Source: a virus
Strand: one strand, 5' to 3'
Virus record (IMG/VR): IMGVR_UViG_3300034066_001346
Span: 32,798-96,797 of that record
DNA: 64,000 nt
This document shows positions 63,279-64,000 of the stretch, in pieces. Position numbers and translations under genes: made by a program. The notes below the pieces were generated by a model. That model searched no databases. It was not told the DNA's origin and worked only from the letters and a program-made list of their open reading frames with translations. The first letter of the stretch is position 1; each line of letters begins with the position of its first letter.

Positions 63279-64000
63279 TTATGAAGCGACTTTAACGTTC
63301 TTAACTACAACCCAAGCATCTGCTTGCTCGATCTGGACGCCAACACGAGTATACATTGTGTACTCAATTGAGTCCTTACGTGGCCAGAAGAATCGGTATA
63401 CAGTTACGTCACGCTTAACACCAATAACAACGTTATTTGGGAATGTTAAGTGGATATCACCGTGTGAACCTGATGCTGCTGAATAGTCACCAGTCTGTGT
63501 CTCTGGTAGCAGTGGAACTTCAACGATTGGAATACCAAATGCGTATGGAGCTACATATCCTGCTGGACCTGAAACTGGAGCAACCTCACCACGGATGATG
63601 CCTGAAGCAATATCCTGTGGGTTGACGTTCTGGATGTTTTGTGATGTTGAGTATAAGTAATCCTGAATCAAGTTTGAACCTGAGAGGAAGCGAAGATCTG
63701 TTCTACGCTGCTTGTACTTACGTGGGAGTGCCTTAAGAGCTGAGTTAAATACTGCACGAGAGATACCAGCACCTGCTGCGTCTACTACGTGTGCATCTGA
63801 CTTTGCCTTCTTTACAACGCCATCAAATGCCTTGTATAGGTTATCTGATGATAGTGATGTATTTCCGTTAAGTACTACATCTTCAATGTCATTACCTGCC
63901 TGTGTTGCCATCATGCGTGCAATGTGATCTTCTAGATCTGGACCTTCAATGTTGTCTTCTAGAGACTCTGTTGAAAGCTCCCAATCCAAGCGAAGCTTCT
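63279..64000 (-). CDS. Major capsid protein (HK97 fold), 5' part outside window
   Basis: KLRLDWELSTESLEDNIEG, NGN...FDG and GIPIVEVP; the frame stays open to the window edge. Confidence 0.9.
   Translation of the reverse strand, partial: KLRLDWELSTESLEDNIEGPDLEDHIARMMATQAGNDIEDVVLNGNTSLSSDNLYKAFDGVVKKAKSDAHVVDAAGAGISRAVFNSALKALPRKYKQRRTDLRFLSGSNLIQDYLYSTSQNIQNVNPQDIASGIIRGEVAPVSGPAGYVAPYAFGIPIVEVPLLPETQTGDYSAASGSHGDIHLTFPNNVVIGVKRDVTVYRFFWPRKDSIEYTMYTRVGVQIEQADAWVVVKNVKVAS

Noticed and set aside
1-64000. Stop-codon reassignment / alternative genetic code
   Set aside because: Long genes are intact under the standard code, TAA, TAG and TGA all end genes, and no suppressor tRNA was found.

Overview
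A 64 kb segment of a large, AT-rich tailed phage (siphovirus-type) genome. Essentially every real gene is on the minus strand; the plus-strand ORFs in the track are antisense shadows. In transcription order (64000 to 1) it holds: (1) a structural block: major capsid (truncated by the window edge), head-tail joining genes, major tail protein, tail assembly chaperones with a -1 frameshift site, a 3745-aa tape measure protein, minor tail proteins and a repeat-rich fibre; (2) a replication/recombination block: metallophosphoesterase, DnaB, primase, SSB, tRNA-Leu, DnaE, MazG-like, RecA, two resolvase-like nucleases, two 2OG-Fe(II) oxygenases and a Cas4-like nuclease; (3) a glycosyltransferase / nucleotidyltransferase / DUF1599-like trio next to the terminase genes; (4) a carbamoyltransferase + SGNH-like cluster with tRNA-Arg; (5) SDR, CHAP lysin, SNase, Hsp20, FmdB-like, an exported PA14 protein operon, WhiB, HslV-like and subtilisin proteases, thioredoxin, and an exported surface-protein-like gene missed by the ORF track. 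WhiB, leaderless promoters and a short-arm tRNA-Leu point to an actinobacterial host; a low-GC freshwater lineage such as Nanopelagicales/acI is inference only. The most notable observations are: a tape measure protein that looks like a modular cargo carrier (ADP-ribosyltransferase, CHAP, LysM and unknown domains, each bounded by recurring 'GG' motifs); a ROSE-like RNA thermometer in front of the phage Hsp20; nested domain insertions in the tail fibre; a probable non-canonical ATA start for the carbamoyltransferase; and a set of exported genes that may remodel the host surface. All family calls come from motif recognition by eye; no database searches were run.
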